Shown: positions 44,269 through 54,471, counted from the stretch's first letter. The stretch: DNA of 64,000 bases from an uncultured Planctomycetota bacterium (GCA_963849325.1 CAWKHF010000005.1:768001-832000), one strand, 5' to 3'. The notes: generated from the letters alone by a model not told the origin. A program made the numbers and translations.

Positions 44269-45588
44269 TTACACGAGACCCTTGAGGGGCTTGCCGTCGG
44301 CGATCTCCAGGGGCCGGCCGAGGTTGTCGCGGACCTTGGTGCCGGGATCGATGCCCAGACCCTTGAACAGGGTGGCGAACAGGTCGCCAATGCTGGCCCG
44401 ATCGTCGCCCTTGACGTCCATGCCGTCCTTGCTGGTGGCGCCGAAAATTTGGCCGCCCTGGATGGCGCCGCCGCCGAGCACGACCGACCAGCACCGCGCC
44501 CAGTGATCGCGGCCGTTGTTCTGGTTGATGCGCGGCGTGCGGCCGAACTCGCCCATCCACACGATGGCGGTGTTCTTCCACATGCCGCGGTCCACCAGAT
44601 CCTTGACGAGCGCGCCCATGCCCTTGTCCAGCCGTGGGCCGTTGCCGTTCTTGATCGTGTTGAAGATGTTGCCGTGATTGTCCCAGCCGCCGAGATCGAC
44701 CTCGACGCAGGTGACGCCCTGCTCGACCAGCTTGCGGGCCAGCAGACAGCCCATGCCGAAGCCGTTCCGCTGTCCACCGTAGGCGTCGATGACCTTGGCC
44801 GGCTCCTTGTTGACCTCGAACACGGTGCGCAGCGGCGAGATGGTCAGGTCGAACGCCTTCTTGTAGATGGCCTCGTGCGACTGGGCGGCGCTGCCGGCCG
44901 CCTCGCGGTCGGCCGAGGTCTTCAGGTGCGGGAAGGCCCCTTCGGAGAAGTTGTCCTCGACGGTATAGAACAGGCGCTGCCGACGACGCAGGCGCTCGGT
45001 CGTTTCGGCGTCGTTGCCGAGTGCGGGGGCCTTGATGTTCTGCGGCGGCTGGCCGGCGTTCTGCACCGTGAAGGGAGCGTACATCATGCCGAGGAAGCCG
45101 GGGCCGATGCGCTGCGCGGTGCCGCCGACGCCGATGAAACCGGGCAACGGCAGCTCCTTCGGGGTCAACAGCGACGAAGCGGTGGCGCCGATGGCCGGAT
45201 ACTGCACGACCGGGCTGGGCTGACGGCCGGTGTTCATCAGGACCGTGCCGCGTTCATGGCTGCCCTCGTTGGTCACTAGCGAGCGGACGATGGACAGGTG
45301 CTTGAACTGGCTGGCCACGGTCGGCAGGACCTCGCTGATCTCGATGCCGGAGGCGGGCGTCTTGATGGGCTTGAACTCGCCGCCGGTCTGCTCGCCGGGC
45401 TTGAGGTCCCACAGATCCATGTGGCTGGGTCCGCCGCCCATCCACAAAATGATCAGACTTTTGCTGTCCTTCTTGAGCTTGGGCGCCGCCGCCCGCAACC
45501 CCTGCCAGAACTGCATGCCGGGTACGGCCAGAGCGGAAGCCGCCGCCGCGTGCTTGAGGAAGTGCCGACGATTCATAGCCGCTTGCAT
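44269..45588 (-). CDS. DUF1501 family protein (Tat signal)
   Basis: NRRHFL, ILWMGGGPSH, GGWDNH, GEFGRTP, GRDHW. Confidence 0.93.
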   Translation of the reverse strand: MQAAMNRRHFLKHAAAASALAVPGMQFWQGLRAAAPKLKKDSKSLIILWMGGGPSHMDLWDLKPGEQTGGEFKPIKTPASGIEISEVLPTVASQFKHLSIVRSLVTNEGSHERGTVLMNTGRQPSPVVQYPAIGATASSLLTPKELPLPGFIGVGGTAQRIGPGFLGMMYAPFTVQNAGQPPQNIKAPALGNDAETTERLRRRQRLFYTVEDNFSEGAFPHLKTSADREAAGSAAQSHEAIYKKAFDLTISPLRTVFEVNKEPAKVIDAYGGQRNGFGMGCLLARKLVEQGVTCVEVDLGGWDNHGNIFNTIKNGNGPRLDKGMGALVKDLVDRGMWKNTAIVWMGEFGRTPRINQNNGRDHWARCWSVVLGGGAIQGGQIFGATSKDGMDVKGDDRASIGDLFATLFKGLGIDPGTKVRDNLGRPLEIADGKPLKGLV

Positions 45589-45923
45589 GGAGACCCCCTG
45601 TGTCGCGAGGATGGGGCTGTTCGGATCGCGGAGGGCGTCCTCCGGCCCACAACACCAGCTTTGACCGAACTTCTTGGAGTGTAACCGATCCCGGCCCACG
45701 AGCAAGCCGCAACGGACGGCTCGTTGTTGATTCGTTGTCGATTGGACGCGGCGGTTGCCGACAGAGTTCCCAAAACCACAAAAATCCCGTGCCCTTCCGC
45801 CGTGAAGTTCTGGAGTGCCTCGTCCAGACGCCTGCAAGAGCGACCGGAAAAAAGTCCCAGGGTGGGCGGAGGGACTTGATTTCCGACCGGCCCTCCTCAT
45901 ATGGTATGAAAGGAACCAGCCGT

Positions 45924-46009
45924 GCCGGAGTGGCGGAATTGGCAGACGCGCCAGGTTGAGGGCCTGGTTCCCATCACTGGGAGTGCAGGTTCGATCCCTG
46001 TCTCCGGCA
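45924..46009 (+). tRNA. tRNA-Leu (GAG)
   Basis: GCCGGAG/CTCCGGC acceptor, CCAGG-TTGAGGG-CCTGG anticodon arm, long variable arm. Confidence 0.95.
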
Positions 46010-46159
46010 ACTGAACAGGGCAAGGGGTTACGGCGAATCCGGGCCTCTTGCCCTGTGCGTTTGCGGTAGAATGGCCGTTTGCGGGAAACGAGAGAAAAGC
46101 CCGGAGTGCGAACCTGCCGGCGCGACCGTCGTGGGTACGCCCGGGGAAGGAGGCCGTCC

Positions 46160-46720
46160 ATGACCGCAGCCGAAGCGCGACTGTTTCAACTCCTCCAGGA
46201 ACGCTCGTTCCAGCGCGGTACGTTCCGCCTGGTATCCGGGTCCGTGAGCGACTATTACATAGACGGAAAGATGTCCGAAGTCTTCTCGGAGGCGGCCTAT
46301 CTGATCGGGGAAGTCCTGTACGAGCGGACGAAGGATCTGGCCATCGACGCTATCGGCGGACTGGAAATCGGCGCCGTCCCGCTGACCACGGCGGCGGTCA
46401 TCAGCTACCACCTGCACGACCGGCCGATGGAAGGCTTCTGGGTCCGAGACAAGGCCAAGGGCCACGGGACGCGGAAAACCGTGGAGGGCAACCTGAAGCC
46501 CGGTTCGCGTGTCGTTGTCGTGGACGATGTGATTACGACAGGTGCTTCCTCCGTCAAAGCCATCCAGGAAGTGAAGCAAAAGGATTGCGCGATCGTCTCG
46601 GTCCTGGCGCTGGTGGACCGTTTGCAAGGAGCCGAGAAACTCTTCCGGGACGAAGGCATTGCGGACTATCAGGCCGTTTTCACGATCCGCGATTTCGGGG
46701 TGCAAGAAGCCGGTCGTTGA
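46160..46720 (+). CDS. pyrE: Orotate phosphoribosyltransferase
   Basis: LVSGSVSDYYID, GGLEIGAVP, KGHGT, VVVVDDVITTGAS. Confidence 0.93.
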   Translation: MTAAEARLFQLLQERSFQRGTFRLVSGSVSDYYIDGKMSEVFSEAAYLIGEVLYERTKDLAIDAIGGLEIGAVPLTTAAVISYHLHDRPMEGFWVRDKAKGHGTRKTVEGNLKPGSRVVVVDDVITTGASSVKAIQEVKQKDCAIVSVLALVDRLQGAEKLFRDEGIADYQAVFTIRDFGVQEAGR

Positions 46721-46776
46721 TCTCTTTTCGGCCATCCTCGTGCCGAATCCGCATCCCGAACGGAAGCCAAACTGGC

Positions 46777-46805
46777 TTGTCAGCCATTTCCTCCACGGGT
46801 AGAAT
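46777..46805 (+). promoter_or_regulatory. Sigma70-type promoter TTGTCA-N17-TAGAAT for tRNA-Gln
   Basis: Near-consensus hexamers and spacing. Confidence 0.6.
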
Positions 46806-46868
46806 GCTCAAGTAGAAGAGAGCGCACCAAGAAGCCGGTTCTCGCCGTTTCTTCGACTTTCCGGACAT

Positions 46869-46939
46869 TGGGGATTGGTGTAACGGTAGCACGACTGACT
46901 CTGGATCAGTTAGTCTAGGTTCGAATCCTAGATCCCCAG
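46869..46939 (+). tRNA. tRNA-Gln (CTG), probable integration site
   Basis: TGGGGAT/ATCCCCA acceptor, ACTGA-CTCTGGA-TCAGT anticodon arm, TTCGAAT T-loop. Confidence 0.95.
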
Positions 46940-46962
46940 CTTGACTGATGTGATTGTGGCAG

Positions 46963-46996
46963 AAGGACATGCGGCGATTTGCTGCATGTCCTTTTT
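46963..46996 (+). terminator. Intrinsic terminator after tRNA-Gln
   Basis: AAGGACATGCGGC/GCTGCATGTCCTT stem plus T-run. Confidence 0.75.
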
Positions 46997-47122
46997 GCTT
47001 TTCTGACACATTCCTGACACAAATAGGGCTTTTGGCGGGCGTTTGCACTGGTGGCAACACAGAGGGCGTTTCGCGTAGGATTCCTTACTCGGTCAGGACG
47101 TAACTGCCTTGGAGGAATCACG

Positions 47123-48349
47123 ATGGCGACCCTCGAACACGACCTCGCTTCTGGCCGCTACCGCGTCCGCTTCCGGTACGGCGGACGGCAGTTCAAACGC
47201 TCCCTGAAAACGCAGGACGAGGACAAGGCCAAGATCACGCTCGACCGGATCGAGGAAATGATCGCCCTGCTGGAACGCGGCCTCGTCGAGATGCCGCCGA
47301 ACGTGGACCCCGGCCAGTTCATCGTCACGGACGGCAAGCTGGTCAAAAAGCCAGTGGTAGAGAAGGTCGTCACCTTGAGTGACCTGTTCGACCGCTACCG
47401 CGAGATGTTGCCCGAAGGCGCGAAGGAGACCAGCACCACCACGACCGAGCGCATCCACTTCAACCACTTGAAACGCCACCTTGGCGGGAAGACGGTGGTG
47501 CAGGCTCTCACCACGGAGATCCTGCAAGAGTACATCGTCAAGCGGTCGCAGGACAAGTGGCGAGGGCGGCGAATCGGCGTGGATACGATCAAGAAGGAGA
47601 TCGCTACGCTGTGCGCGGTCTGGAACTGGGCGGCGCATCTCAAGTACCTGTCCGGCCCGGCTCCGGTGAAGGGTCTGGTATTCCCCAAGGGTAAAGAGAA
47701 GCCGCGCTTCCAGACGTGGGATGAGATCGAGCGCGTCATCGAGCGGGGTGGCATGTCGAAAGACGCCCAGAAGGAACTCTGGGACTCACTCTTCCTGACC
47801 GTCGAGCAGATCGTCGAGTTACTCGCCCACGTCGAGGGTAAGCCAAAGAAGCCCGCCTTCGTGTACCCGATGATCGCGTTCGTCGCGTACACCGGCGCTC
47901 GTCGGAGCGAGATGATGCGGGCGCGCGTCGAGGACTTCAACCTCGCCGAAGGCAGGGTCGTGATCCGCGAGAAGAAGAAGGACAAGACCAAGCAGGAGAC
48001 GTATCGGCACGTTGACCTCGCCGCACCGCTGGTGACAGTCTTGAAGGAGTGGTTCGGACAATACCACCCCGGAGGGGTGTATGCCTTCTGCCGCTTCGCA
48101 GGAAGGCCCCTGTCACGCCAAAATGCGGCTAAGGCGTTCAGACGAGCGCTGGCGAAAAGCAAGTGGCAGAAGGTTCGCGGGTTCCATGTGTTCCGCCACT
48201 CGTTCGCTTCCAACCTCGCCGCAAAGGGAATCGATCAGCGTCTCATCGATGAATGGATGGGCCACCAGACGGAGGCCATGCGGAAGCGCTACCGCCACCT
48301 TTTCCCCGACCAACGCCGCAAGGCCATCGAGTTAGTATTTTCGGGGTAA
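47123..48349 (+). CDS. Tyrosine recombinase / integrase
   Basis: YTGARRSE (R), FHVFRHSFAS (HxxR), WMGH, RY; GGAGG RBS. Confidence 0.95.
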   Translation: MATLEHDLASGRYRVRFRYGGRQFKRSLKTQDEDKAKITLDRIEEMIALLERGLVEMPPNVDPGQFIVTDGKLVKKPVVEKVVTLSDLFDRYREMLPEGAKETSTTTTERIHFNHLKRHLGGKTVVQALTTEILQEYIVKRSQDKWRGRRIGVDTIKKEIATLCAVWNWAAHLKYLSGPAPVKGLVFPKGKEKPRFQTWDEIERVIERGGMSKDAQKELWDSLFLTVEQIVELLAHVEGKPKKPAFVYPMIAFVAYTGARRSEMMRARVEDFNLAEGRVVIREKKKDKTKQETYRHVDLAAPLVTVLKEWFGQYHPGGVYAFCRFAGRPLSRQNAAKAFRRALAKSKWQKVRGFHVFRHSFASNLAAKGIDQRLIDEWMGHQTEAMRKRYRHLFPDQRRKAIELVFSG

Positions 48350-48727
48350 GGGGAGGAGCCCCTCCTTCCGGTAACGCTCGACCTCTTCTTTCGAGATGCG
48401 CCACTCGCCCTCGTTGCCGCGCCCGTGCGGGAGCTTCTTGGCGCGAACTCGCCCGAGTCTGCACCATTCCCGTACCGTATATTCCTCGCGCCCGAGCATC
48501 GCGGCGACCTCTGCGGTCGTGTACCAGTCGTCACCTGCCGTCCTCCGCAGCAGAGCGGCCTGATTTACCTCGAAGGCCGCGAACCGGCTTTCGAGCCGGT
48601 CCAGCAACTCGCCCAGCCGATGTAGATCATCGACTCGATCCAATACATCGGTCAGCCGGTGGAGGAGATCGGTGATCTCGGCGAGATGCCCTTCGTAGCG
48701 CGTGGGGAAAGGCAGGCGCGAGGTCAT
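48332..48727 (-). CDS. Excisionase-like HTH protein
   Basis: WYTTAEVAAMLGREEYTVREWCRLGRV..WRIS; convergent with integrase. Confidence 0.85.
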   Translation of the reverse strand: MTSRLPFPTRYEGHLAEITDLLHRLTDVLDRVDDLHRLGELLDRLESRFAAFEVNQAALLRRTAGDDWYTTAEVAAMLGREEYTVREWCRLGRVRAKKLPHGRGNEGEWRISKEEVERYRKEGLLPLPRKY

Positions 48728-48853
48728 GGTGTAGTCCTAGCTGCAAGAGGTTCGAGAAGTGCTCGTCCATCCTATTTGATCCTCGGTCCCGCAAGCCGTC
48801 CGGCACAGGAGCATGGCAGCGAAACTCTCCACAATTCCGTCACGACAACGCCT

Positions 48854-49579
48854 TCAGACACGGGCGGAGCGCGCTGCACGCCGATCCTCGTCGGGATCGG
48901 AGACGTGCCGCCTGACCAATTCGTAGTAGTCGTCGATAACGCGCTGGAAGGTGTCGGCCTTCGGAGAGGCGAGGATCGCCGCTACCTTGTCCGCGTTCGG
49001 CCCAATGAGCGGCGGCTGCTCCGCATCCTCGACTCCCAGCGCCCGCCCCACCAGCGTCATCTCCTCTTCGCCGACGACCCGTGCCGCAGCGAGCCGCCGC
49101 TCGCGCTCGGCCAGCAGCCGGTTACGGAATTTCTCCACGAAGCCTTCCCCGTCCTCCGTAGTCAGGAGCCGCCGCACGAGGTTCACCCGCCATAGGTGAT
49201 CCACGCCCGGCAGGGCGAAATAGTCGGCGATCATCGACAGGTTCTCGGCGTTTCGCTCCTCCACGAAGCTCACCCCGGCAGAGGCCAGCCGCCGCATCAG
49301 CTTTTCGGCGACTCCGATTTCACGAGCAGCCTGTTTCCGGTTCAGGCCGATGATCTTGAGAAGGCTGTCGAGGTTCCCGGCGAAGCGTTTCTTCAGTTCC
49401 GTGAGGGTCAGCCGCTCCTCGGATTCGCCCTCCTCGCTTGTCACGACCCGTATCTTCGGTGGTCTTCGTTTGAGTGAGTCCGCCGACTTCTCGCCGGGGA
49501 TTACCCGGACTGAGGGTTTCTTCGATCCACCCGCAGGCCCGGCACTCTCCTCTTCCGGCTTCCGCTTTTGGCTGGTCAT
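48854..49579 (-). CDS. Putative HTH regulator
   Basis: NLDSLLKIIGLNRKQAAREIGVAEKLMRRL HTH-like; divergent from the rightward operon. Confidence 0.6.
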   Translation of the reverse strand: MTSQKRKPEEESAGPAGGSKKPSVRVIPGEKSADSLKRRPPKIRVVTSEEGESEERLTLTELKKRFAGNLDSLLKIIGLNRKQAAREIGVAEKLMRRLASAGVSFVEERNAENLSMIADYFALPGVDHLWRVNLVRRLLTTEDGEGFVEKFRNRLLAERERRLAAARVVGEEEMTLVGRALGVEDAEQPPLIGPNADKVAAILASPKADTFQRVIDDYYELVRRHVSDPDEDRRAARSARV

Positions 49580-50018
49580 GCTTACGCACTCCTTTCTTTC
49601 GAGCCGAAAACACCGGCTTCCCACCTATGACAGTATAGGCGCTGCGGCGGTCGTGTCCATATTAGACGTAAAAATTAGTACACATACTTGACGTGGGCAT
49701 CCACGGCCATATATCCATACATGGCGAGCGGCTTGTCACCGCTTGCGCCGGGCTGAGGCGAAAGGGAGAGGGGCATGGACGAGCTTGTGATGAGGGCCAT
49801 CAGAGCTTACCTGCGGTGGTGAAAATGCGGGGCATCGACGGCCCGATGCCATCCTCGGCGCACAGCGATGTCGAGGATGGCAGCATCGTCCTCCGCAACG
49901 TGAACGGCGAACTGGCTCGGTAGAGAGTCACCGCGAGCGGACACCTGCGCCGCGTATCGCCCAAGCCGATGAAGACCCGACCGGGTAATTGCCAGCAGGT
50001 AACGGGAAGGAGAGCAGC

Positions 50019-50741
50019 ATGGCCGAAAACACTAGCATCGGGTGGACCGACCACACGATGAACTTCTGGTGGGGATGCCACAAGGTCTCGCCGGAATGCA
50101 CCCACTGCTACATCGACGGTATCATGCGCCGGGCCGGGCGCGTCCCGTTCCGTGGACCCATGAGGACGGTGAACTGGGGCCATCCGGCGAAATGGCAGAG
50201 GCAGGCAGCGAAGACTGGCAAACGGCTGCGTATCTTCACCTGCTCGATGAGCGACTTCTTCCATCCGGGGGCCGATCAATGGAGGCCCGAGGCGTGGCAG
50301 GTCATCCGGGCCTGCCCGAACCTTGACTGGCTCATTCTGACCAAGCGCCCGGAACTCATCGCCGACCGGCTCCCGGCAGACTGGGGCAAGGGCTACGGGA
50401 ACGTCTGGCTTGGTGTCACCTGCGGTGTGCGGGCCTCGCTGAGTCGCCTTTCGATCCTAAAGAATATCCCGGCAGTGGTCCGCTTCGTGTCTGCCGAGCC
50501 CCTGCTGGAATCCATTGACTTCCGACCATACCTCGACGGTTCGATCCACTGGATCATCACGGGCTGCGAGCAGTCTGGCGTCGGCAAGCGCCGACCGATG
50601 GAACTCGACTGGTTGCGGGACATCGACCGGCAGTGCCGAGAGGCAGGCATCGTCCACTTCTTCAAGCAGCGGTATGAGGGGAGCCAGATCGTTTTCGATG
50701 GCCTGCTTGATGGCGTCGTTCGGCAGGCATGGCCGAGGTAG
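50019..50741 (+). CDS. DUF5131 (phage Gp37/Gp68-like) protein
   Basis: TSIGWTDHTMNFWWGCHKVSPECTHCY, FTCSMSDFFH, LTKRP, FVSAEPLL, FFKQ. Confidence 0.92.
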   Translation: MAENTSIGWTDHTMNFWWGCHKVSPECTHCYIDGIMRRAGRVPFRGPMRTVNWGHPAKWQRQAAKTGKRLRIFTCSMSDFFHPGADQWRPEAWQVIRACPNLDWLILTKRPELIADRLPADWGKGYGNVWLGVTCGVRASLSRLSILKNIPAVVRFVSAEPLLESIDFRPYLDGSIHWIITGCEQSGVGKRRPMELDWLRDIDRQCREAGIVHFFKQRYEGSQIVFDGLLDGVVRQAWPR

Positions 50742-50824
50742 TGCAGTTTCTTGACAAGCTACGCAGCCCTCCGGGATGGTTTACTGGGGAATGCAAGCGT
50801 GCCGCTATTTCAAGGAGAAATGCC

Positions 50825-51187
50825 ATGAAACGCAGAGAGGCTATCCCGTTGATAGAGCATGAGATTGCCACTGCCATGTGGCGCAACTACCGGAATCCGC
50901 ATCTGAGCCGCTTCGCCTTCAACATTAGAGAGTCCGTGATGGACCGCTTCGTGGACGCGATCCCCGACTTCATGGACCGGATGCAGGCCGTGGCGTCCAC
51001 CACCAAGAGGTTCGTCGAAGGTTCGTCCGTCGAGTTGGTCCGCGCACCAACGCACTCGGAGGCCCAAATGGGCCAGATCGAAGTGCTCCTCAACAAGCGT
51101 GTTCGGTGCGCGCTGTCCATCGTGTTCCACAAGAGCGAGTTCTGGATCTCGGACAAGGAGTTCTTCCCGTACCCGGATAGTAACTGA
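50825..51187 (+). CDS. Hypothetical protein
   Basis: AGGAG RBS, operon context. Confidence 0.65.
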   Translation: MKRREAIPLIEHEIATAMWRNYRNPHLSRFAFNIRESVMDRFVDAIPDFMDRMQAVASTTKRFVEGSSVELVRAPTHSEAQMGQIEVLLNKRVRCALSIVFHKSEFWISDKEFFPYPDSN

Positions 51188-51217
51188 ACCATGTCGTCCG
51201 ACTGAAAGGAGTGTGAG

Positions 51218-51490
51218 ATGATCCGAGCGTTGAAACCTAACAACCGCCTCTGCTGCGTCTGGAGGGGGAACGACGACAGCACCGTGAACTGCCTCGTCTA
51301 CGGCGACAAGCGGATTCGGACCTACCTGCCGGGCCGCGTCGATGGGAGGCTGCACGGCGTTGTCGTGCAGAGGACTGCGCTTGATCTGGTCCGCCATCTG
51401 GAAACAACCGCAGAGCCTTGCTTGGCTCCGGTCCTGCTGTGCAAGCGGCTTTTCGGCTGGGCCGAAGAGGGCTTCGCCGAAACACGTTAA
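51218..51490 (+). CDS. Hypothetical protein
   Basis: AAGGAG RBS, operon context. Confidence 0.55.
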   Translation: MIRALKPNNRLCCVWRGNDDSTVNCLVYGDKRIRTYLPGRVDGRLHGVVVQRTALDLVRHLETTAEPCLAPVLLCKRLFGWAEEGFAETR

Positions 51491-51559
51491 TCGAGCAAGG
51501 AGCCAATGAAGAGGCAGACTTTGACCGTGTTCGGAAGACAAGGGTGAGGAGACCCACCT

Positions 51560-52339
51560 ATGAGTACCAAGACTCGTGTTCTCGACCAGTTCACGGAGGC
51601 CGTCGCCCGGCTTCGGCAGGAGCTTCCAGAGATGCTCCTTCCCGACCTCCAACGACTTGAGCGGGCTTTCAAGGAAATTCGCCAGATGAACACCACGCTC
51701 AGGCGCAAAACAGACGAGGCCGGGGCATTACTCCCCGCCGTGCAACGAGACGCGCAGCACGCCAGAGCCGAGGCCCAGCAGCAAGCGCAGCAAGCCGCGA
51801 GCCTCGCTCAGAGGCTCACCAACAAGGAGCAGGAAGTGAACAGGCTCCAGAAAGCGCTCGCAGAGACCGACGCCTTGTTGGTCGATCAACGAGCAAAAGG
51901 TTTCAACGCCGAAATGCTCAAGGACTTCCTTGACCAGTTAGAGATCGACCTCCGCTGCGCCTTAGAGGAGAACGAGAACACCACCACGACGGAATACCCG
52001 TGCGAGCCCAAGCTGCGGCGCTTCTTTGAGCGTTACGGCCAGTTCGGAGGTTTCGTGCCCCGAACGACTCTTGCCAAGCGCGGTAAGCCCACCGAGACCG
52101 CCGAAGCGGCCTCCGCGAAACTGCGTGGTGAAGTGCGCTCCAAAAACCGCGACACCTATCGTGCTGAACTGGACCACCTGCTCGCGCTCAGCAGCCGATT
52201 GTCGTTCGCTCTTGAATGCTGCAAACGACCACGACAGCAGTTCAGCCGCACCTTCTTCATCCACGACGACGGTTCCGTTGAGCAAAAGGAAGAGTGGACC
52301 GACGTGGAAGCCGTTATCAAACAGCACCGACGTAGTTGA
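51560..52339 (+). CDS. Coiled-coil hypothetical protein
   Basis: AGGAG RBS; Q/A/E-rich heptads. Confidence 0.7.
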   Translation: MSTKTRVLDQFTEAVARLRQELPEMLLPDLQRLERAFKEIRQMNTTLRRKTDEAGALLPAVQRDAQHARAEAQQQAQQAASLAQRLTNKEQEVNRLQKALAETDALLVDQRAKGFNAEMLKDFLDQLEIDLRCALEENENTTTTEYPCEPKLRRFFERYGQFGGFVPRTTLAKRGKPTETAEAASAKLRGEVRSKNRDTYRAELDHLLALSSRLSFALECCKRPRQQFSRTFFIHDDGSVEQKEEWTDVEAVIKQHRRS

Positions 52340-52407
52340 TTTTGTCTCGACGGCTGCGCCCGGCAGGCATGGCCGAAACATTAAGCCAAATATGGAGGGA
52401 GGTCTCC

Positions 52408-53236
52408 ATGTTCGATACGGTCAAGGCCGCGCGAGAGGCGGGCTTTCGGGAGCGCAAGATCTGGGAGTATGGGGGTGAGGAGATATACATCAAGGGACGG
52501 TTGCTGGTCCGAAACCCAAAGGAAGCGCAGTCCCAGACGGAGTGGTCAAGGAGAGGCTATCATCTGCGCCAAGATGCCGAACCCCATTGCCAACGCTCGG
52601 TTCATTTCGCTGGGCGTGGCAGCATCACGTACCCCGTCTACCGGGAAGATCAGGTCGAGCCCAAGCCGCCCGGTGTCCTCGACGCCGCCTGTGTTGATCG
52701 ACACGCTGGCTGCATTGTGGGCCATCAACCGCCGCGCCAAGCGTTGCCGTGATCTCGCCAGCACCCACTACAAGACCGGCACACATGGCTTTGCCGCTGT
52801 CAGTAAGGCAGAGAAGCTCGAACTCTACCGCCTCAAGGGACAGGCTCTCCACTACTTGCTCTTGGAGAAGCGGCTGGAGGTTGTGGGGCATCATCGCTTC
52901 CCCGAAGGAAACTGGGCCGAGGTACTCAAGGGGAGCGGTTACACGTTTCACCGCCCTTGTCCGACACAGCAGGGACAGGCAGTCAACGAGATCGACGAGA
53001 TTGAAGCGAAGCCGCGCGGTAGCAAGGAACCCCGCCTAAAGGACGCCCTCTACAGCATCAAGGCGTATCTGGATGGCAAGCCGCAGGTCTGCGTGTTCGA
53101 GTCGGCGCACAAAGCTCCCTTCCGCCCCAGACGATTATCGCGGCACTGGAACGACTTCGATGAGGATTCCGACGAGGACGTTGAGGATGACGATTTCGAC
53201 GACGAATTGGCTGGGTCGGGGCACGGTATCTGGTAG
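52408..53236 (+). CDS. Hypothetical protein (frameshift near 52680), YkyB-like C-terminal part, acidic tail
   Basis: GGAGG RBS; LAALWAINRRAK..LYRLK..FHRP recalled as YkyB-like. Confidence 0.55.
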
Positions 53237-53241
53237 TAAGG

Positions 53242-53295
53242 CTGCACCATTGCACTATTGCACTGGTGTACAAGTGCAATAGTGCAACGGTGCAG
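53242..53295. repeat. Palindrome of 3+3 TGCAC units at 8-bp spacing
   Basis: CTGCACCATTGCACTATTGCACT-N8-AGTGCAATAGTGCAACGGTGCAG. Confidence 0.9.
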
Positions 53296-53309
53296 TGAGG
53301 ATCACGACC

Positions 53310-54224
53310 ATGAGCATGAACCTGACCGTGACCACGTTCGACGAGTTGGAGACGTGGGTAGACGCCTTCATGAAGCCGAACGGCCTGAGCCTGATGTTCT
53401 TGATCGGCGATCCGGGTCACAGCAAGTCATTCTCGATCAAGCAGCGGCTCGATGCCGACCTACACCGCTACTTCAAGTGCGGGCGGCTGACGGCGTTCCA
53501 GCTTTACAAGCAGCTTTTCAAGCACCGGGACCGAGCCATCATCCTCGATGACGTGGAGGACGCTCTCAAGGGCGAGCAGATCCCCCGCATGTTGATGAAC
53601 CTCGGCGAGACTGACGAGGAGTCCCGAACAGTAGCATGGTTCGGCACTGAGTCCCAGTTGAAGGTACGGAAGGGCAAGAAGGTCATCCCCATCCCACAGG
53701 AGTTCAAGACCAGTAGCCGCGTGCTGCTGGTGAGCAACGACTTCGAGATTCTGACCCGCAAGCTGAAGGCCCTGCTGGACCGGGGCATCATCGTCTTCTT
53801 CGATCCCGTGCCCGAGGAAATCCATCGCTTCGTGACTAACTGGTTCAAAGACAAGGAGATCTTCCAGTTCATCGGCGAACATTTGGAGCAGATAACTCGG
53901 CACTCGATCCGGTACTACGTCACCGCCGAGAACTTGAAACGCTTGGGGCTCGACTGGAAGAAGGCCCTCGTCGAAAGCTGGACGCAGGAGTCTGAAGAAG
54001 CCGATCCGCAGAAGATCGTGGAGTTGCTCTTGGCCGACCCCCGCTACAAGACCGACAAGGAGCGTATTGAAGCGTTCACGGCAAAATGTGGCAGGCATCG
54101 CCGCCAGTGGTACAACCTCAAGAAGAAGGTTGTAAAGAGGATGAAATTGGCGAGGCCAGTGGCTCCAGAACTGGATCACGCTCATCTGGAGGCAATGACC
54201 GACGAGCAAGAACTGCCGGTATGA
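53310..54224 (+). CDS. P-loop ATPase (AAA+/SF3-like)
   Basis: LIGDPGHSKS Walker A, IILDD Walker B, LLVSN, ALLDR. Confidence 0.75.
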   Translation: MSMNLTVTTFDELETWVDAFMKPNGLSLMFLIGDPGHSKSFSIKQRLDADLHRYFKCGRLTAFQLYKQLFKHRDRAIILDDVEDALKGEQIPRMLMNLGETDEESRTVAWFGTESQLKVRKGKKVIPIPQEFKTSSRVLLVSNDFEILTRKLKALLDRGIIVFFDPVPEEIHRFVTNWFKDKEIFQFIGEHLEQITRHSIRYYVTAENLKRLGLDWKKALVESWTQESEEADPQKIVELLLADPRYKTDKERIEAFTAKCGRHRRQWYNLKKKVVKRMKLARPVAPELDHAHLEAMTDEQELPV

Positions 54225-54471
54225 CTGGGGCGTTGACCCGGCGCTGGGCGATCTACGAGGAATGCCTTCGCGTCCTGAAGCCTTCGCCCCGCCAGACGCC
54301 TGACGGAAACTTGTTTTGTGGAGTGGCGGTCCATAGGCGCTCGCCGCCCAGCAGCACCTTGATCTCCCTCGTATACTTAACCCCTCATTGAACGCATGGG
54401 ACCGCGATGGCTGTTCTCGTAACGACGACAAGGAATCGCGGCTGTTGCATATATACGGCAAGGAGGACAAC

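Noticed and set aside
44269-46161. 630-aa extended DUF1501 ORF
   Set aside because: The extension runs antisense through tRNA-Leu; the real start is at 45588 before the Tat motif
46010-46868. pyrE between two tRNAs as a separate mini-island
   Set aside because: No att duplication or recombinase seen; pyrE is a housekeeping gene
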